A stretch of 64,000 nt of DNA from Callorhinchus milii (Eukaryota). Below, piece by piece: positions 62,886 through 64,000 of this stretch. Where the stretch lies: NCBI RefSeq assembly GCF_018977255.1, contig NW_024704743.1, positions 3,908,001-3,972,000 on the forward strand. Direction: 5' to 3'. Each line of letters begins with the position of its first letter. The stretch's first letter is position 1. The notes below the pieces were generated by a model, which was not told the origin of the DNA, did not search any database, and saw only the letters and a list, made by a program, of their open reading frames with translations. The translations under genes were made by a program, and so were the position numbers.

Positions 62886-63909
62886 TTAAAAAAAACACAG
62901 TAAATTTTCTGAAGGAACCACACATTTTTATTTTTGTTGCGCATTTCATCTATTCTTGAAACCTCGTCTCAACTGCATCAAAGATTTATGTTTGCGTGTT
63001 GCTGGGCGCTGCCACTGAAAGTCACATAATTTATGTTCCAATTACTGCTTACTGGCTTCTGAATGGCACAGCTCTGTAAACTGGCCAGGTTTGTAATAGG
63101 AATACTGATTTTAAACACGTATTACCCCTCCCTCGCCCTCTACCCTCCCTCTTTCTCCCCCACCCTCCCCCTTCCTCCTCCCTCTTTCTCCCCCCACCCC
63201 ACCACCCACTTTAAACAGAAACGTAAGCCAAACATAAACTTGGAAACATTTCTTATTTACTGTTGCGGTCGCTTTAACAGACAGACATTTAGCAGTAAAA
63301 GCTGTATTTATTTATACGTGTTGCAGTGAAAGGAAAGGTACATAATGACAGTTCTCAGTAAGGAGCCCTTTTTCCTCACCTGTGTCACTACAGTGGACTG
63401 ACACAGCCTCACGTACGTGCATAAGTGTGCCAGGTTTTCTGTTTATCCGCTCGTATTTCGATTCTAATTGCGTGCGCAGTGGGTTTAACAAGTGGACCTG
63501 CTTTTGCTTGAAGTGCAAGACTGTCGCGTTTCATTGTTGTCTCCTCTCACAACCTGCACCGAGTGCAATAACCAGTTAATATCAACTAAAACGACAGCAC
63601 ATTTACATTGTAATGTACATTGTTGACCTGCTCACCTTGGAGTATGATTCCCACTACCAGCCAATTGCCAGACACTAGGAAATCCAAAGGATCCAATGCA
63701 TCCTGCTGCCAATTTTGTCCTGTGGTTTTTAAACAAATGATTCATGCTGAAGTGATGGCAAATCTGCCTCCCTTCTGAGCATCTATATTTGAGGAATCCG
63801 TCACTAGGCGTAGAGGGGTGGGAAATTGAAGAAACTGAAGAAGTGAGTGATCTCTAATAGGATCAAACTAAACAAAAGCTTCTGCTTGCCCAGCTAGAAT
63901 TGCCGTGTG

Positions 63910-63946
<37 letters not shown>

Positions 63947-64000
63947 GGACATCGAGGCATTTGATAACTCAAGGATAGGGATTAGATGTGAGAGGGAAGA

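Larger units (their letters stand above)
51943..64000 (+). other. adarb2: 5' part of adarb2 intron 1
   Basis: Follows the canonical donor. I found no exon 2 (DKVSILSTFLAPFKHL-like) in the remaining 12 kb, consistent with the very long first intron of vertebrate ADARB2. Confidence 0.75.

Noticed and set aside
1..64000. CRISPR-like array suggested by recurring palindromic gcgcttt...aaagcgc units
   Set aside because: The units are irregularly spaced, on both strands, and are SINE/L2 tails in a eukaryotic context with no cas genes.

Overview
This is repeat-dense vertebrate genomic DNA with no prokaryotic features. The repeat set (tRNA-headed Deu-type SINEs with L2-like tails, L2 and CR1 LINE remnants, shark-type Penelope-derived arms) points to a cartilaginous fish, most likely a chimaera such as Callorhinchus; this is inference. 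The only protein-coding sequence I can support is the 100-nt first coding exon of adarb2 (ADAR3) at 51843-51942 (+). It encodes MASVLVSNRASGAPGSLLKCKFKRRRRRRCKRK (the R-domain) and ends at an AG|GTAAGA donor. A plausible TATA-like/Inr promoter and a purine-rich 5' UTR with one uORF precede it. Positions 1 to ~51.0 kb are gene-free upstream DNA with repeat-free islands that look like conserved non-coding elements. Positions 51943-64000 are the start of a long intron 1. The most notable extras are: Penelope-derived arms carrying minimal hammerhead-ribozyme cores (1.76, 18.6 and 24.45 kb); an unclassified dispersed element with a hairpin showing a compensatory base-pair change (24.5-25.3, 34.1-34.9 and 36.4 kb); a modular SINE family with two subfamilies that differ in middle module and tail; closely spaced inverted SINE pairs, including inside the ADAR3 pre-mRNA; and local AT-to-GC biased patches. 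Repeat boundaries were read by eye and are approximate. Family names come from recalled consensus features, not from a database search.
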